40,897 nt of DNA from Aduncisulcus paluster (Eukaryota). Below the pieces are notes generated by a model. It was not told where the DNA came from, did no database searches, and was given only the letters and a program-made list of their open reading frames with translations. The translations under genes were made by a program, and so were the position numbers. Positions 28,101 to 39,400 of the stretch are shown here, piece by piece (position 1 is the first letter of the stretch; each line of letters begins with the position of its first letter). The DNA lies in NCBI GenBank assembly GCA_024181965.1, contig BQXS01010082.1, positions 1 through 40,897 on the forward strand. The letters are read 5' to 3'.

Positions 28101-31100
28101 TCAAATATCCAATCCACCGATTAATTCAAACATCTCCAAAATGTCTTGATCTTTGAGCTGTTTTGCAATTTCCTTCTCCTCTTCTTCCATTTTCTGACTC
28201 ATTCCAACACTCCATTTAATGCATGAAATAGAAATTTTCATATCAGGAGGCATGTCAGGGCGTTGATTCCATCCATATCCTGAAGTACTCATTGAGAAAG
28301 GTATCTTCTTATCCAGCGATAATGGAACACAAACTCTCATACAATGGGCAAGGACAGAAGGGAATAGAGATCCTTTGAATTGGACTGGATCTGTTGCGAA
28401 GAGAGATGGAAGAGAAAGGAGAGATATATCCAACTTATCGCTAAAGGAGCAATTCAAGGTGTATTTGAAAGCAACAATAAGCTCAATCACACATCTCAGA
28501 ATAACAACAATAGAGTGAGTTGAGAGATACTCGGCTAAATTATCCGAATACAGAGGTATTAAAGAAGGATGACTTGATGATGGCTTGGTTTCAGATTTAA
28601 CTTCCTCTTCGTCTTCCGGTTCTTCTTCTTCTTTTGAGGTTTCAACTTCGATTGAAGCTTCTTCCTTGCTGTGCTCTTTCCCTTCCTTTTCCTCCTCCTC
28701 TGACGAATCCATAACAATTTCAAAATCATCATCATCTACAATTTCTTGATCATCAAAGACTGCATCCATCTCATCATATTCACTCCGCCCCATTGTCTTC
28801 TCCTTTTTCCCCTTCCAGGCCTGTTCACGCTCCTTTTGACGCTTCTTTTGTTCCCATTCGTCGGCAGACACAATATCAATTGGGAATAACTGAAGGTAAC
28901 ATCTGGAAGTTTCATGTTTCTGTCCAACACAAACCCCACTTTGGCATATCATTTCGATAAATTCAACAAGTTCTTCGGCTTGAATGGCAGCCTTTTGCCT
29001 CTTTGCCTCCTCCGAAAGGTCACTTTCTAAAATCTTATTTAACTCACGTTTTGCTTTGAAAAGCATAGAATCGAATTGTTTCTGGTTGGTATCCTCATTC
29101 GAAAACACAAAACACATATTGTTATTCGACATTAAAATACTAAAAATGTATATTATGAGCCATCCAACCCAACACACATTCTCATTCATTCTATTTATAG
29201 CTTCAGATTCAGATATGTCAGCAAATGACTTTCCATCCCCAAAATCGATCCTATCAGGGGTCACATACTTGAATCCTCTTCCTTCACAGAGAGAGACTCC
29301 CTGTCCATCACCCTCTCTCACTGAGTGAGCTCCACAAGTACATTTTGTTTCTGGGAATTCACAATTACACATTTCTACGGGAATAGCTATTCGACAGTCC
29401 TTCATGTGTCCATTAACCATTGGGTTCCAAGCGTCAGACATGTTACAGTGCTCGAACATAAGCAACACAGGTCCTACACGCATCAAGGAGGAAGGTGCAA
29501 CAATGGAGAACTTATTGGCTGTAAAATACCTGGAAAATGGAGTTGGCATCACTCTGCAGGTTGAAGATGAGCTGGATTCAATTCCTTCGAGTGCGATTTC
29601 TCTCTTGGTAAGCCGTTGGGGAACAAGGGGCTTGAATGGAGAGAATTGAGAATCCCTCTTGTGAATAAGGAAGTCAGAGATAGACAAATCAGCGTCGGGA
29701 CAACGAATTGTTATTTTACCATGACAATTACACTCGTAGACATAAGCTTTGTATCCTTGGAAAACGTCAAGTTTCAAGTTATCTTCACCCAAAATAGCAC
29801 GGTACATGTTATGTTTAGTTATATCACTCATTTTGCTGGGATATTGTGAGTTGAAAGGCTTGAACAATCCTTTGAACAGAGAATATTCAAATTTTTTATG
29901 AGCCATCTCAGCTTCATCCCCTTTCAAGGATATCAATTCATGTGGAAGTCGAACCATTGGTCCAAAACCAGACAAACCCCAATATATTTGGAAAAATACA
30001 TGCTTATTCGCCAATAAAATATCATCACTTGGGATTCGAAGACTCAGAGAGAAAGATTTAGATATTCTTCTGAAAGCAAGAGCAACACTGCATCCAGCAA
30101 CAAACACATAGAGCTTCTGAGGATTCTTCTCAATACCTAAAAATAAATTTTCTCCTTGTTCAGAAGAAGAAACTATTTTTTCAGTTAATTTCTTCATGAC
30201 ACCTTTATCAAATGCCACTGGAATAACAGAACAGAAAGGGAACTTCATTGAATCAATCGAATCTGTCGGTACAAATAAATCTTTACCAATGCTACCCAAT
30301 ATCTCGGTGGAAACATTCTCAAAAGATAATTTAGGAACAATTGGACATCTATAACCCTCAAGGAGTTCAATATGTGAAGCTGGATCATCAATGAAGGATA
30401 TATGATTGAGAGAATCGTCGGAGAATGTTTCATCTTTTGAATACACAGACTTAACAATATCATGGAAGGATTTAGGAGGAGATATCGAAACATTTGGGAA
30501 GAAAGAGATCTCCTTCCGGTCTTCAAAAGACTCAATCGAGTTATCATCATCATCTCTTCCTCTTCTTCTTCCTCTTCCTCCCCGATCTTTTCCTTTTCGA
30601 CTCTTTCTCTTCTCGACCCTTGAGCTTTCATATATTTGATGAGAATTCGCACAAAATACCATATTTTCTATCATTTGGATTGGATGAACATGATGCAAAT
30701 CCCAGCAACGTCTGAACTCATCGAATAAACCACATACAGACCAATCACTAACGCTAAACTCATCAAGAGGAGCAATTCCACGCAACAATGCTTCTTCTTG
30801 GGGATTCAGGGGATGGAACATTCCAAACTGAGCAAATACAGAGAGGATTGTGAGTGTCGTCAACTCAGCCCGACGAAGACCAGTGGGAGATAAAAATAGC
30901 GAATCACACCACTCAATTTCCTCAAGAGTAGGGTTTGAAGAGGCACAGGGGAAAGACATTCGCCAGATGGCAACAGCAACACCCATAGAGAGACCAGAAT
31001 GGGAACAAAAGAATGGATTCTCCGAATCTGGGAATTGGAAGGAAGAGAAGATAGCCCTACAAAGATCTTTGGCAGTATTTCCACTCCCAAACTCTTTCAC

Positions 31101-34100
31101 ACCGATTGGGGTATACACTGATGTACCTAAATATAGACTTCCCATGAGAGGGAATCCACATAAAGCACACATCAGTGCAGCACGTGATGCTTCAATATCA
31201 TAAGGAATCTGAGCCGTGATCATTCCAAGTGAGGTCAACTGAGGTTTATGGTCGTATAACACTTCATGGGCTTGACTATACTCAATGGCTGAGATAGGCA
31301 TCGGACTAGATAAATGGGGCTTGTATTCTGGAGTAATACGAGCTCTGATTTTTTCCAACTGTCTCCAAAGTGCCTTCTCACCTTCCCCACGTCCTTCCCC
31401 ATCCCTTTTGCTCACCATCACTGCATATAGCAAGAGAGCATGAACCATGGTCGAGGAAGGACCCTCAACAAGGAGTCCGAACTTCATGCATTTCTCAATA
31501 GCAAGATTAATAGAGAATGCCGGGGCAGAATAGGTATTCGTGAGAGCCTTCCACCCATCAAAGGGCAAAAAGGGAACAGAAAGCCGAAGAACATCACTGC
31601 TTCGATCCTCATTGATCATCTTATTCACAGTGTCTGACGGGAAACTGGATGTGATGGAGGCTGGGAGCATTTGGATATAAACACCGGGTTGCACACGTCC
31701 CACACGTCCTCTGCGCTGTTTCATGGCCGAAAGGGTGGATAAAGTGGTACTCAGGATAAACCCTGAGCCTCCAGAACTCTCATTCACCCTCTTACGTTCC
31801 CTACTAAGGCAAGAATCAATGACACAGATAACTCGGGGGAAAGTAAGAGAAGTCTCAGAGATATTTGTACTCAGAAGAATCTTCCTTGTCTTCGGATATT
31901 CAGGCGGAGAGAACGAGGAATGTTGCACAGCTTCGGCTGAAAGCCTGGAATGTAAAATGACAACTTCACAAGAGCTCTCAATAGAAGGAGAGTCAATGAG
32001 CATCTTGTGGAAGCCTTGGAGAAGCTTTGTTGATGGGAGAAATACAAGAATATCTCCACGAGGATTGTTTTCAACTTGACTAACTTCAGAATCATCAGTT
32101 TCCCCACCTTTCTCCTCCTCTTCATCAGATTCTTCCTCTTGGATCTCAGAGTGTTTTTGAGCCTTTTCTTGCTCCTTTGCAAGGTTAGTAATCTTCTTTT
32201 CATCCTCAATAATAAAATCCTTAACAGTTGCAAGTAAAGGAGTCAAAAGGTTTTCACCATAACGATGATCGAGTTCCTGGAGATGACACAAAGCATTCTC
32301 ACGCCTCATTTCCGTTCTCATCCACTCACAAGCACCCATGTGGATGAGATGAGCAGAAGTAAAGGGAATGACCCCATCTTCCAACCTTGGGCCAGCATTT
32401 ACATGTTCATATTGATCACCTAAAATAGAGGTAGAAGAGGAAGAAGAGGTAGAAGAGGTAGAAGAGGAAGGGGAGGATACTGGAGACGATAATTGAGGAG
32501 AAGAGGAGGAGGCGGATGATCCAGAACCTATCTTCTGTGAATGTTTGGGGTTGAATCCAGCACCACCTACAGTCTCAGCATATAGGAATTTGTTGAATGA
32601 ATACCAGTGGAACAGTTTACGTTGTGTGGAAGTAATGAAAGATCTAAGAGACGATTGTTTTGAATGCTTATTCCTTCTCCTGCTATCTCTCTTGTCATNN
32701 NNNNNNNNNNNNNNNNNNCCAGCATTTACATGTTCATATTGATCACCTAAAATAGAGGTAGAAGAGGAAGAAGAGGTAGAAGAGGTAGAAGAGGAAGGGG
32801 AGGATACTGGAGACGATAATTGAGGAGAAGAGGAGGAGGCGGATGATCCAGAACCTATCTTCTGTGAATGTTTGGGGTTGAATCCAGCACCACCTACAGT
32901 CTCAGCATATAGGAATTTGTTGAATGAATACCAGTGGAACAGTTTACGTTGTGTGGAAGTAATGAAAGATCTAAGAGACGATTGTTTTGAATGCTTATTC
33001 CTTCTCCTGCTATCTCTCTTGTCATAACCCCTATCATACCCACCATGTCTTCCTCCACCGTATCTTTCACTCTCTTTCCTTTCAAACTCCTTGTCGGCAA
33101 CAAACCTCAAGGCCTCATAAAATTCATCAACACCCTCACGAATGCATTCTTGAAGGGCACTGTGAAGACCAGAAATGGAGCCAAAGGACAACTTTGAAGG
33201 CTTGGCTTTCTCAAAGGGTTCAGAGGATTCACCAGCGGAGGAAGAAGGAGAGGAAGGAGAAGATTCATCGGGTTGTGTCTCAATATCAGCTCCAGAAATC
33301 CCACCCTTCTGATGTTGTTTCTTACCATAGTCAAGAAACATAGTCAAATTATGGAAATGAGTGAGCTTATGTAACATAGACTTCGTAGAATTTGGAACAT
33401 GATTATCTCCAAAGTTATAGCCACATCTCTCAGCGATTGTCTTGATTCCAAGGAGAGACACTTCCATGAATCCATCATATCCAAGCTTTGTGGCCATTGA
33501 ATCTATGATATTGTAACATTTGGATGAAGATACACAATGGATGGGGAAGGTCATGGAGTCGGAATGGAGAGCCATAGAGAGATCGAGATGGGGGACGTAT
33601 CCTTCTTCTGTCTCAAGATATAAAGAGTCCATCAGAGATTTGTTACGAGCAAGAGAATACGAAGCATACTCAAGTTGAGAGTCTGAGAGAGATTTCAAGG
33701 TTCGAGATTGAGATGACTTCACATCTTTCTTGATCTTTTTGTTAATTTCAACGAGATCATCTCCTGTGGCTTGACGACGCTCTATTTCAAGATTAAGAGC
33801 AGTTATGATTTTGATGAGATAGGATCTGTTTCGGCTGATTGCTGAACCTGTGCTAACTCTGAACTTTCCGGCCTGGTCAAGAGTTTTCTTATCCATAGCT
33901 GCTGCCAAATAGTTACACAATCCAACTAAATTAAGAGTGGCGCTCATAACAATAACTTTAACAGAATCAAGACGTTGTAACATCAGAGAGAGGCAGAGTT
34001 CACTACTAGAATCACGTTCGTGGATTTCATCAACGATAACATGGGTAATATGATCAAACTCACCAGAAAGAATCATATTCATGGCACTTCCGGCCGTTGC

Positions 34101-34658
34101 CAGGATGACCCGTGTGAAAGGAGAAATCTGTTTCTTTTGTCCCATCACAATCCCAACCTCATAACCAAGTCGAAATCCATCAATTGTGTCGCAAATATAT
34201 TGGGCTAAACGTTCGGTGGCAAGACGACGAGGTTGAATCACAAGAACATAGGAATTGGGGAAAGACTTAACAATAAGAGGGGGTATCTTTGTACTCTTTC
34301 CACAACCTGTAAATCCAGTCACAACAGATACAGGAAGCTGTTCTACAGCCTTACAAAACAAATTAGACCATGAATCGTGGGAAGTACATCCAAGATTGAT
34401 CGGAGAGATACCTTTGGAAGCCTTGGGATAAAAGATGGGGAAACTGGGATTGGTCATCATTAAGGGGACTTTATAACGAATAACAGGATCCTTAGACTTC
34501 GGTTTCTTTGATGATTTCTTGACGTATTTAACGTTAGGCTCATCCAAAGGAAAAACACGTTTCCCACCCTTACCTTTCTTTTCTTTCTTTTTGTTAGGTT
34601 TTGGTTGCTTTTTTTTCTGAGCTTTGGACTTCTTTTTTTTCAATTCGTCCCACTCCAT
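28101..34658 (-). CDS. Large DExH/DEAH-box RNA helicase (~2076 aa after removing a 109-codon assembly duplication)
   Basis: GFTGCGKST, QPRRLA, DEIHERD, MSAT, ILVFLP, LHS, STNISETSLT and QRRGRVGR motifs. 32392-32698 is duplicated as 32719-33025 across an N gap. Confidence 0.9.
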   Translation of the reverse strand: MEWDELKKKKSKAQKKKQPKPNKKKEKKGKGGKRVFPLDEPNVKYVKKSSKKPKSKDPVIRYKVPLMMTNPSFPIFYPKASKGISPINLGCTSHDSWSNLFCKAVEQLPVSVVTGFTGCGKSTKIPPLIVKSFPNSYVLVIQPRRLATERLAQYICDTIDGFRLGYEVGIVMGQKKQISPFTRVILATAGSAMNMILSGEFDHITHVIVDEIHERDSSSELCLSLMLQRLDSVKVIVMSATLNLVGLCNYLAAAMDKKTLDQAGKFRVSTGSAISRNRSYLIKIITALNLEIERRQATGDDLVEINKKIKKDVKSSQSRTLKSLSDSQLEYASYSLARNKSLMDSLYLETEEGYVPHLDLSMALHSDSMTFPIHCVSSSKCYNIIDSMATKLGYDGFMEVSLLGIKTIAERCGYNFGDNHVPNSTKSMLHKLTHFHNLTMFLDYGKKQHQKGGISGADIETQPDESSPSSPSSSAGESSEPFEKAKPSKLSFGSISGLHSALQECIREGVDEFYEALRFVADKEFERKESERYGGGRHGGYDRGYDKRDSRRRNKHSKQSSLRSFITSTQRKLFHWYSFNKFLYAETVGGAGFNPKHSQKIGSGSSASSSSPQLSSPVSSPSSSTSSTSSSSSTSILGDQYEHVNAXXXXXXXXDKRDSRRRNKHSKQSSLRSFITSTQRKLFHWYSFNKFLYAETVGGAGFNPKHSQKIGSGSSASSSSPQLSSPVSSPSSSTSSTSSSSSTSILGDQYEHVNAGPRLEDGVIPFTSAHLIHMGACEWMRTEMRRENALCHLQELDHRYGENLLTPLLATVKDFIIEDEKKITNLAKEQEKAQKHSEIQEEESDEEEEKGGETDDSEVSQVENNPRGDILVFLPSTKLLQGFHKMLIDSPSIESSCEVVILHSRLSAEAVQHSSFSPPEYPKTRKILLSTNISETSLTFPRVICVIDSCLSRERKRVNESSGGSGFILSTTLSTLSAMKQRRGRVGRVQPGVYIQMLPASITSSFPSDTVNKMINEDRSSDVLRLSVPFLPFDGWKALTNTYSAPAFSINLAIEKCMKFGLLVEGPSSTMVHALLLYAVMVSKRDGEGRGEGEKALWRQLEKIRARITPEYKPHLSSPMPISAIEYSQAHEVLYDHKPQLTSLGMITAQIPYDIEASRAALMCALCGFPLMGSLYLGTSVYTPIGVKEFGSGNTAKDLCRAIFSSFQFPDSENPFFCSHSGLSMGVAVAIWRMSFPCASSNPTLEEIEWCDSLFLSPTGLRRAELTTLTILSVFAQFGMFHPLNPQEEALLRGIAPLDEFSVSDWSVCGLFDEFRRCWDLHHVHPIQMIENMVFCANSHQIYESSRVEKRKSRKGKDRGGRGRRRGRDDDDNSIESFEDRKEISFFPNVSISPPKSFHDIVKSVYSKDETFSDDSLNHISFIDDPASHIELLEGYRCPIVPKLSFENVSTEILGSIGKDLFVPTDSIDSMKFPFCSVIPVAFDKGVMKKLTEKIVSSSEQGENLFLGIEKNPQKLYVFVAGCSVALAFRRISKSFSLSLRIPSDDILLANKHVFFQIYWGLSGFGPMVRLPHELISLKGDEAEMAHKKFEYSLFKGLFKPFNSQYPSKMSDITKHNMYRAILGEDNLKLDVFQGYKAYVYECNCHGKITIRCPDADLSISDFLIHKRDSQFSPFKPLVPQRLTKREIALEGIESSSSSTCRVMPTPFSRYFTANKFSIVAPSSLMRVGPVLLMFEHCNMSDAWNPMVNGHMKDCRIAIPVEMCNCEFPETKCTCGAHSVREGDGQGVSLCEGRGFKYVTPDRIDFGDGKSFADISESEAINRMNENVCWVGWLIIYIFSILMSNNNMCFVFSNEDTNQKQFDSMLFKAKRELNKILESDLSEEAKRQKAAIQAEELVEFIEMICQSGVCVGQKHETSRCYLQLFPIDIVSADEWEQKKRQKEREQAWKGKKEKTMGRSEYDEMDAVFDDQEIVDDDDFEIVMDSSEEEEKEGKEHSKEEASIEVETSKEEEEPEDEEEVKSETKPSSSHPSLIPLYSDNLAEYLSTHSIVVILRCVIELIVAFKYTLNCSFSDKLDISLLSLPSLFATDPVQFKGSLFPSVLAHCMRVCVPLSLDKKIPFSMSTSGYGWNQRPDMPPDMKISISCIKWSVGMSQKMEEEEKEIAKQLKDQDILEMFELIGGLDI

Positions 34659-34990
34659 TTGCTGATTGTCAAGAAAATTCAGTTTTCCTGTTCAATAGAA
34701 TCTACGCCTGATACTCAAATTTAACTTGGATTCAATCCAGTATTCACCCTTTAAATGTAATAAAATAACCATATCTAAGAAATTATTTTTCAATTTTATA
34801 ATTATCACTTTATTTCGATGACATTCCAACTGGAATCCAGCTCCAGTCATTTCCAATGAATAACATTTACTTCAGAAGAAAATAATGACTCATACAACTA
34901 GAAGAGCAATATGAAATAACAAAGTGTCCAATATTATAATATATAATTTGAAATTTAACTTCTTCCTAAAAATGTGAAAACTCAAATTAA

Positions 34991-35980
34991 TTATTCTTGA
35001 GATGAGCTTTCCTCATCTTCTTCCTCTCCAGAATCTTCTTCTTCTTCACCAGACTCTTCTCCAACCTCTTCCTCTTCAAGTTCTTCCTCTTCATCCTTGA
35101 TTTCATCCTCTTCTTTTTGCAACTCCATTTTCCGGCTCCTGGCTTCCCGCCAAACACTATCAATTTTATCGAGTTCATCTCCACGAGGTTTCAATCCAGC
35201 CTTGACAGATTGTTCATGACGCATTTGATGAGTGAACGCAGCCTTAGCAACAATTTCTTTCTCAATAACACTTGGTGGAACATAAGAAGCATTTTTCCAC
35301 AAGACAGGGGCTTCGGCTGATTTATGATGGGTAGCCCTTCTTGTAAATGGAGGGCCATCGATGATTTCAATAGGGAGAAGAGTAAAGCGAGGTCCAATTT
35401 CATGGAGAAGAGTCTCACTCTTTCTACCTTTGTCAACGGTTTCAATCTGATAATTTCTAACAAAAATACTGCCATCCTCAGGTGACACATTGAACTGCAT
35501 TATTCTATCGATGTATGGATGAGCTTTGGGATGCTTGAAAGGGATTTGGAAAGCACGTTTGAGCATCTCTTCTATAATTGCAAATTGATTTGATGCTTTA
35601 AATCCACTATCAAAGGATAAAATGGGTCTAGTACCTTTTATGGCATTTCCTTTAAATCTTAACTCTCCCATAGTATGAATATCGACGACTTGAAACTTGA
35701 TTGAAGGGCCTTTGGGGAGAGACGACAAATGAAGAAAGGTATCGTGCGCTTTTCTACATTCCCAAAACATCAAAAAGTCACAATTACGACTTTCGACGAT
35801 TTGTAACAGCATTTCCTCATCTTCACGACGAAGCTTCTTTTCTTTCTTTGCATGTGGAAGAAAATGCAAAAGGTCTTCATATAAATGTCTAACTCTACTG
35901 GAGATACCTCTGGAAGTTGCTGTTAATAACTTCATTTTCCTCAAGTCACTCAAAACATGGATTGAAATCCTGTCTCTCAT
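34991..35980 (-). CDS. BRX1: Ribosome biogenesis protein BRX1 (Brix domain)
   Basis: SRGIS.R.RHL..D, ECRK..D..L, GPSIKF, HTMGEL...GN..KGTRPILSFD, EIGPRFTL; acidic tail. Confidence 0.92.
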   Translation of the reverse strand: MRDRISIHVLSDLRKMKLLTATSRGISSRVRHLYEDLLHFLPHAKKEKKLRREDEEMLLQIVESRNCDFLMFWECRKAHDTFLHLSSLPKGPSIKFQVVDIHTMGELRFKGNAIKGTRPILSFDSGFKASNQFAIIEEMLKRAFQIPFKHPKAHPYIDRIMQFNVSPEDGSIFVRNYQIETVDKGRKSETLLHEIGPRFTLLPIEIIDGPPFTRRATHHKSAEAPVLWKNASYVPPSVIEKEIVAKAAFTHQMRHEQSVKAGLKPRGDELDKIDSVWREARSRKMELQKEEDEIKDEEEELEEEEVGEESGEEEEDSGEEEDEESSSQE

Positions 35981-36407
35981 CTAAATAAATCACGAAGTTT
36001 TTAATAATAAAAAACTGGGTTTGGCTTAGATTTTTCTGGAAATTTTATGAAATAACTCTTGTATCATTTGAATTAATCATCATCAATTTCGCCTTTTCGT
36101 ATTGTCTTGATTTGCCCGAAATATGTACAACAAATATGATATTTATTAGTAAGAAATAATAAAAAACGAAAATATTAGTTTTTAATTGAGAAATGATTTC
36201 TAAATCCAACGATACACCTTATCTTTATGAATAGCGTATTATTATTGATTTACGAATGCTGAAAGGTAAAAATTCTCCAATTAGCATTCAATAGTCTTGC
36301 CATAAACCCACTTTATGGATCATTTCCGTCCTCTCACTGATAATTTCGCCTTTTTCTTCGAAATATTCTTTTCTATTGGTTTTTTAAATTAATCTTTTCG
36401 TATTATT

Positions 36408-39400
36408 ATGTCTATATACCTTCTATTATTTTTTAATATTGCTATTTTTTTGTTTTTCCCCTTTATTAATTCTTTGCCTATCGAACAATCCCATATCCCC
36501 TCATATAGTAATATTATTCTAGATACAGCGGGACGATCTATTATCAATTCTGGTGAAGCATTTTTATTTGATGTTGAAAACATTCTTAAAAGTTATCAAA
36601 ATGAAACTCTCTCCGATGATGAGCTTGAATCGGCTATTCTAACAGTATATTGTCCAGGAGAGACAAATTCTTCCGTTGAACCTATTTCATGTAATTTAAT
36701 CGGTGATTCGGACTCTTGCTCCGACAAATCCTTCTCTTGTGAGCGTTATCTCTTAGCCACTGTTGATAGTTACAATGTTTATTTAACAGATATTTATGTT
36801 TCTTTAGAATTAGTTCCTGCGGAAGAACAACTTGCTCTTTGGTCAAAAGTATTCCACTATGATCGTTTTACAGTTGATAACGAAGAAACTTATGCTGGCT
36901 CTCTCGTTTTTCAGTCAGATGATGAAACTTATGAATTATTTACATCAGAAAATGAAGATGTTTTTTCTAAATGGCAACTTTCAACCGATTCTGATGATTC
37001 CTTCTTATCTATTACAAAACACTTTAATTTCCATGTCAATTGGTATGATGAAACAAGATTCATGTCCATAGACTCGGAATCTTTCTTTTTTCGCCATAAT
37101 ATGTCTTATATTGTCCCATCTGGTAACTCTTGTGAATCAGTCACCGAAGTTTCCACCTCTGACATTGAAACTATTCCTTTTAAGGTTCAATTCGGTCAAA
37201 ATTCTTCCGGTGAAACTCCTGAAATGTGTGCAGAGGACATTATCAACGGTAAAATCGGCATATTCGCCCTCCGATACAGCAATGGATCATATTCTTATGA
37301 TGAATCATCCTCCACTGATGAAGAAGTTGCCATTCAGTGTCGCATTATCAATGTAACAGAAGATGTCAAGAACACTGTGACTATTTTTGAGGGCACTGAT
37401 GATGAACAAGTTGTGAACAAACATACTGGCATGTTTCTTGGAGAGCTCGCTATTCCTCTTCGTGTTGTCTCGGATGAAACGTCTTTTCGATACGCATTTT
37501 ACATATCTCATCTTGATCTCACTGGCAAAACGAGACGAGAGTTGGAGACGTCAGAAGCAGCCCTCTACGGATCTTTTGGGTCAAACCTGTCTCCTGATGT
37601 GACATGCGAGAGGGAGGATGAAAGTACCACGGACACGACAGCTCAGCTCATTTTCTATGTTAATTCTTTCATTGCTGATTCTGATTCATGGTGTAAGGCC
37701 AGTGTGTCCGATAATGTTGTGTTTCCTGCTTTTACACCTTATCCAATTCCACTTTCAATTATTACATGCAAAAAGTCCTCTGAAGAGTCTACGTTCTCCC
37801 TTAACAAAGCATTCTACCCCGATTTGATTTATTCCCTTTCTGTGACATATACTGACGACAAAGACACCCTGGATGTTGTCCTCTTTAGTGATTATACTGG
37901 AGCTGTTCCTGATGTCACACACCCTTTTCCTCTGTCAAATCCTACTCCAACGGTCTCCAGTACAGCCTCACTGACGATTGAATTCCCAAACTCTGGCTCC
38001 TGGGGTAACAACCCTAAGATTCTCGACGGTGCCTTGAGCACTGCCCCCACGACGATATCAAAGAGCTGGCTTGTGCAGCGTCAACGGTTAGATCTTAACA
38101 ATTCCTTCATTATCTCACTTCCTCAAAATCCCACAAATTATTCATATCCTTCCATCGGTCTCGAGATTGGACATCTCTCAATCGTCGGTGTGTTTTCCTA
38201 TTTCCTCCCGGGATCCACTGCCACCTCTACGTCGGATCCCTTGCTTGCTTCTCGAGTCTGTCTTGACAATATTTCAGTCGGTGTCGAAGAGAACAGCATT
38301 ATCGAGACCATTTCAGAATATCAAGAGGATCTGTTCGAGTTTGCAGAGGACACAGTTGATTCTACAGAGTATCTGTACTCGATAGATAGCTCTCTAGCAC
38401 CCTTATATACAATTACTCTCACTCATACCATCAGTAACAGGGATAATATCATTCTCCCAACATTCGATGGGTATTATTCTGGTGAAGATGAGGTATTTTC
38501 ATCACTTTGTCTGGTCGATTCTACTCAAACTGATCCAATTCCATTCTTTGATCTGCTTCCTTATTCAATTGATTCCTCGATGTGCTCTTTTTCTCTCACT
38601 CAAGACGATCCTGTTGATGAGACAACGGTAACTTACCCAACAAACTCAACCGAAGGATTCTCAGATTGGTCTATTTTTAGATATAATTCCGGTGAAGAAG
38701 AGGATTTGATCCAAATATTTATTGAGAACAAAGATAAATATGATAATTGGATCAGTGAGGGTGATTTGTCTAATATCTCGAACGAAAGGGTGAGTATTTC
38801 CATTTCTGTGACGTGTCCACAGTCCGATTCTGCCCTCGAGTTCACGTTAGATAGTTGTGTGTACGGAAAGACCAGTGGAACGGTGTGTACATGGGCGTGT
38901 AGCGAATATGGAATTGGAGATGTCACCGTGTTTTATGTAGACTCTAATTCAATGAACTATGGAGAAATTTCCTTTCAACAAACACAACGGTTCATCATTG
39001 GGATTCCATTTGTCTTCTCATTCGAGAACAATATCCAAAGTCTTAGCCTGTTAAACTCTCAAGTGTTTGTGGAAAACGACTCAAACGTTGTTGCTAACAT
39101 GTCAAATTCGTTTTCTCTCCTGGTTTCGGATGAATATGAGAAGATTGTTCCGAGGTTCTTGGTCTCTCTTAAGTTTCTCAAGAATTTGTTGATAACTTTG
39201 AATATTTATGAAGATTCAACGTGGAATTCCCTGGATTCGTCATCATGTCTTGTGACCTTGGATTCTTCTGATACTGATTCCGATGGCGATGTCTATTTTG
39301 ATCGCACTGAGGATGGAGCTCTAGATTTAGAAAATGAGGATCTTGATGTCATAAACTTTGAACCTGTCGAGTTTATCTTTCAGTTGCAGAAAAGTGGCAC

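Noticed and set aside
32392-33025. Repeated Ser-rich domain in the helicase
   Set aside because: Identical 307-nt copies flank an N gap; assembly artefact.
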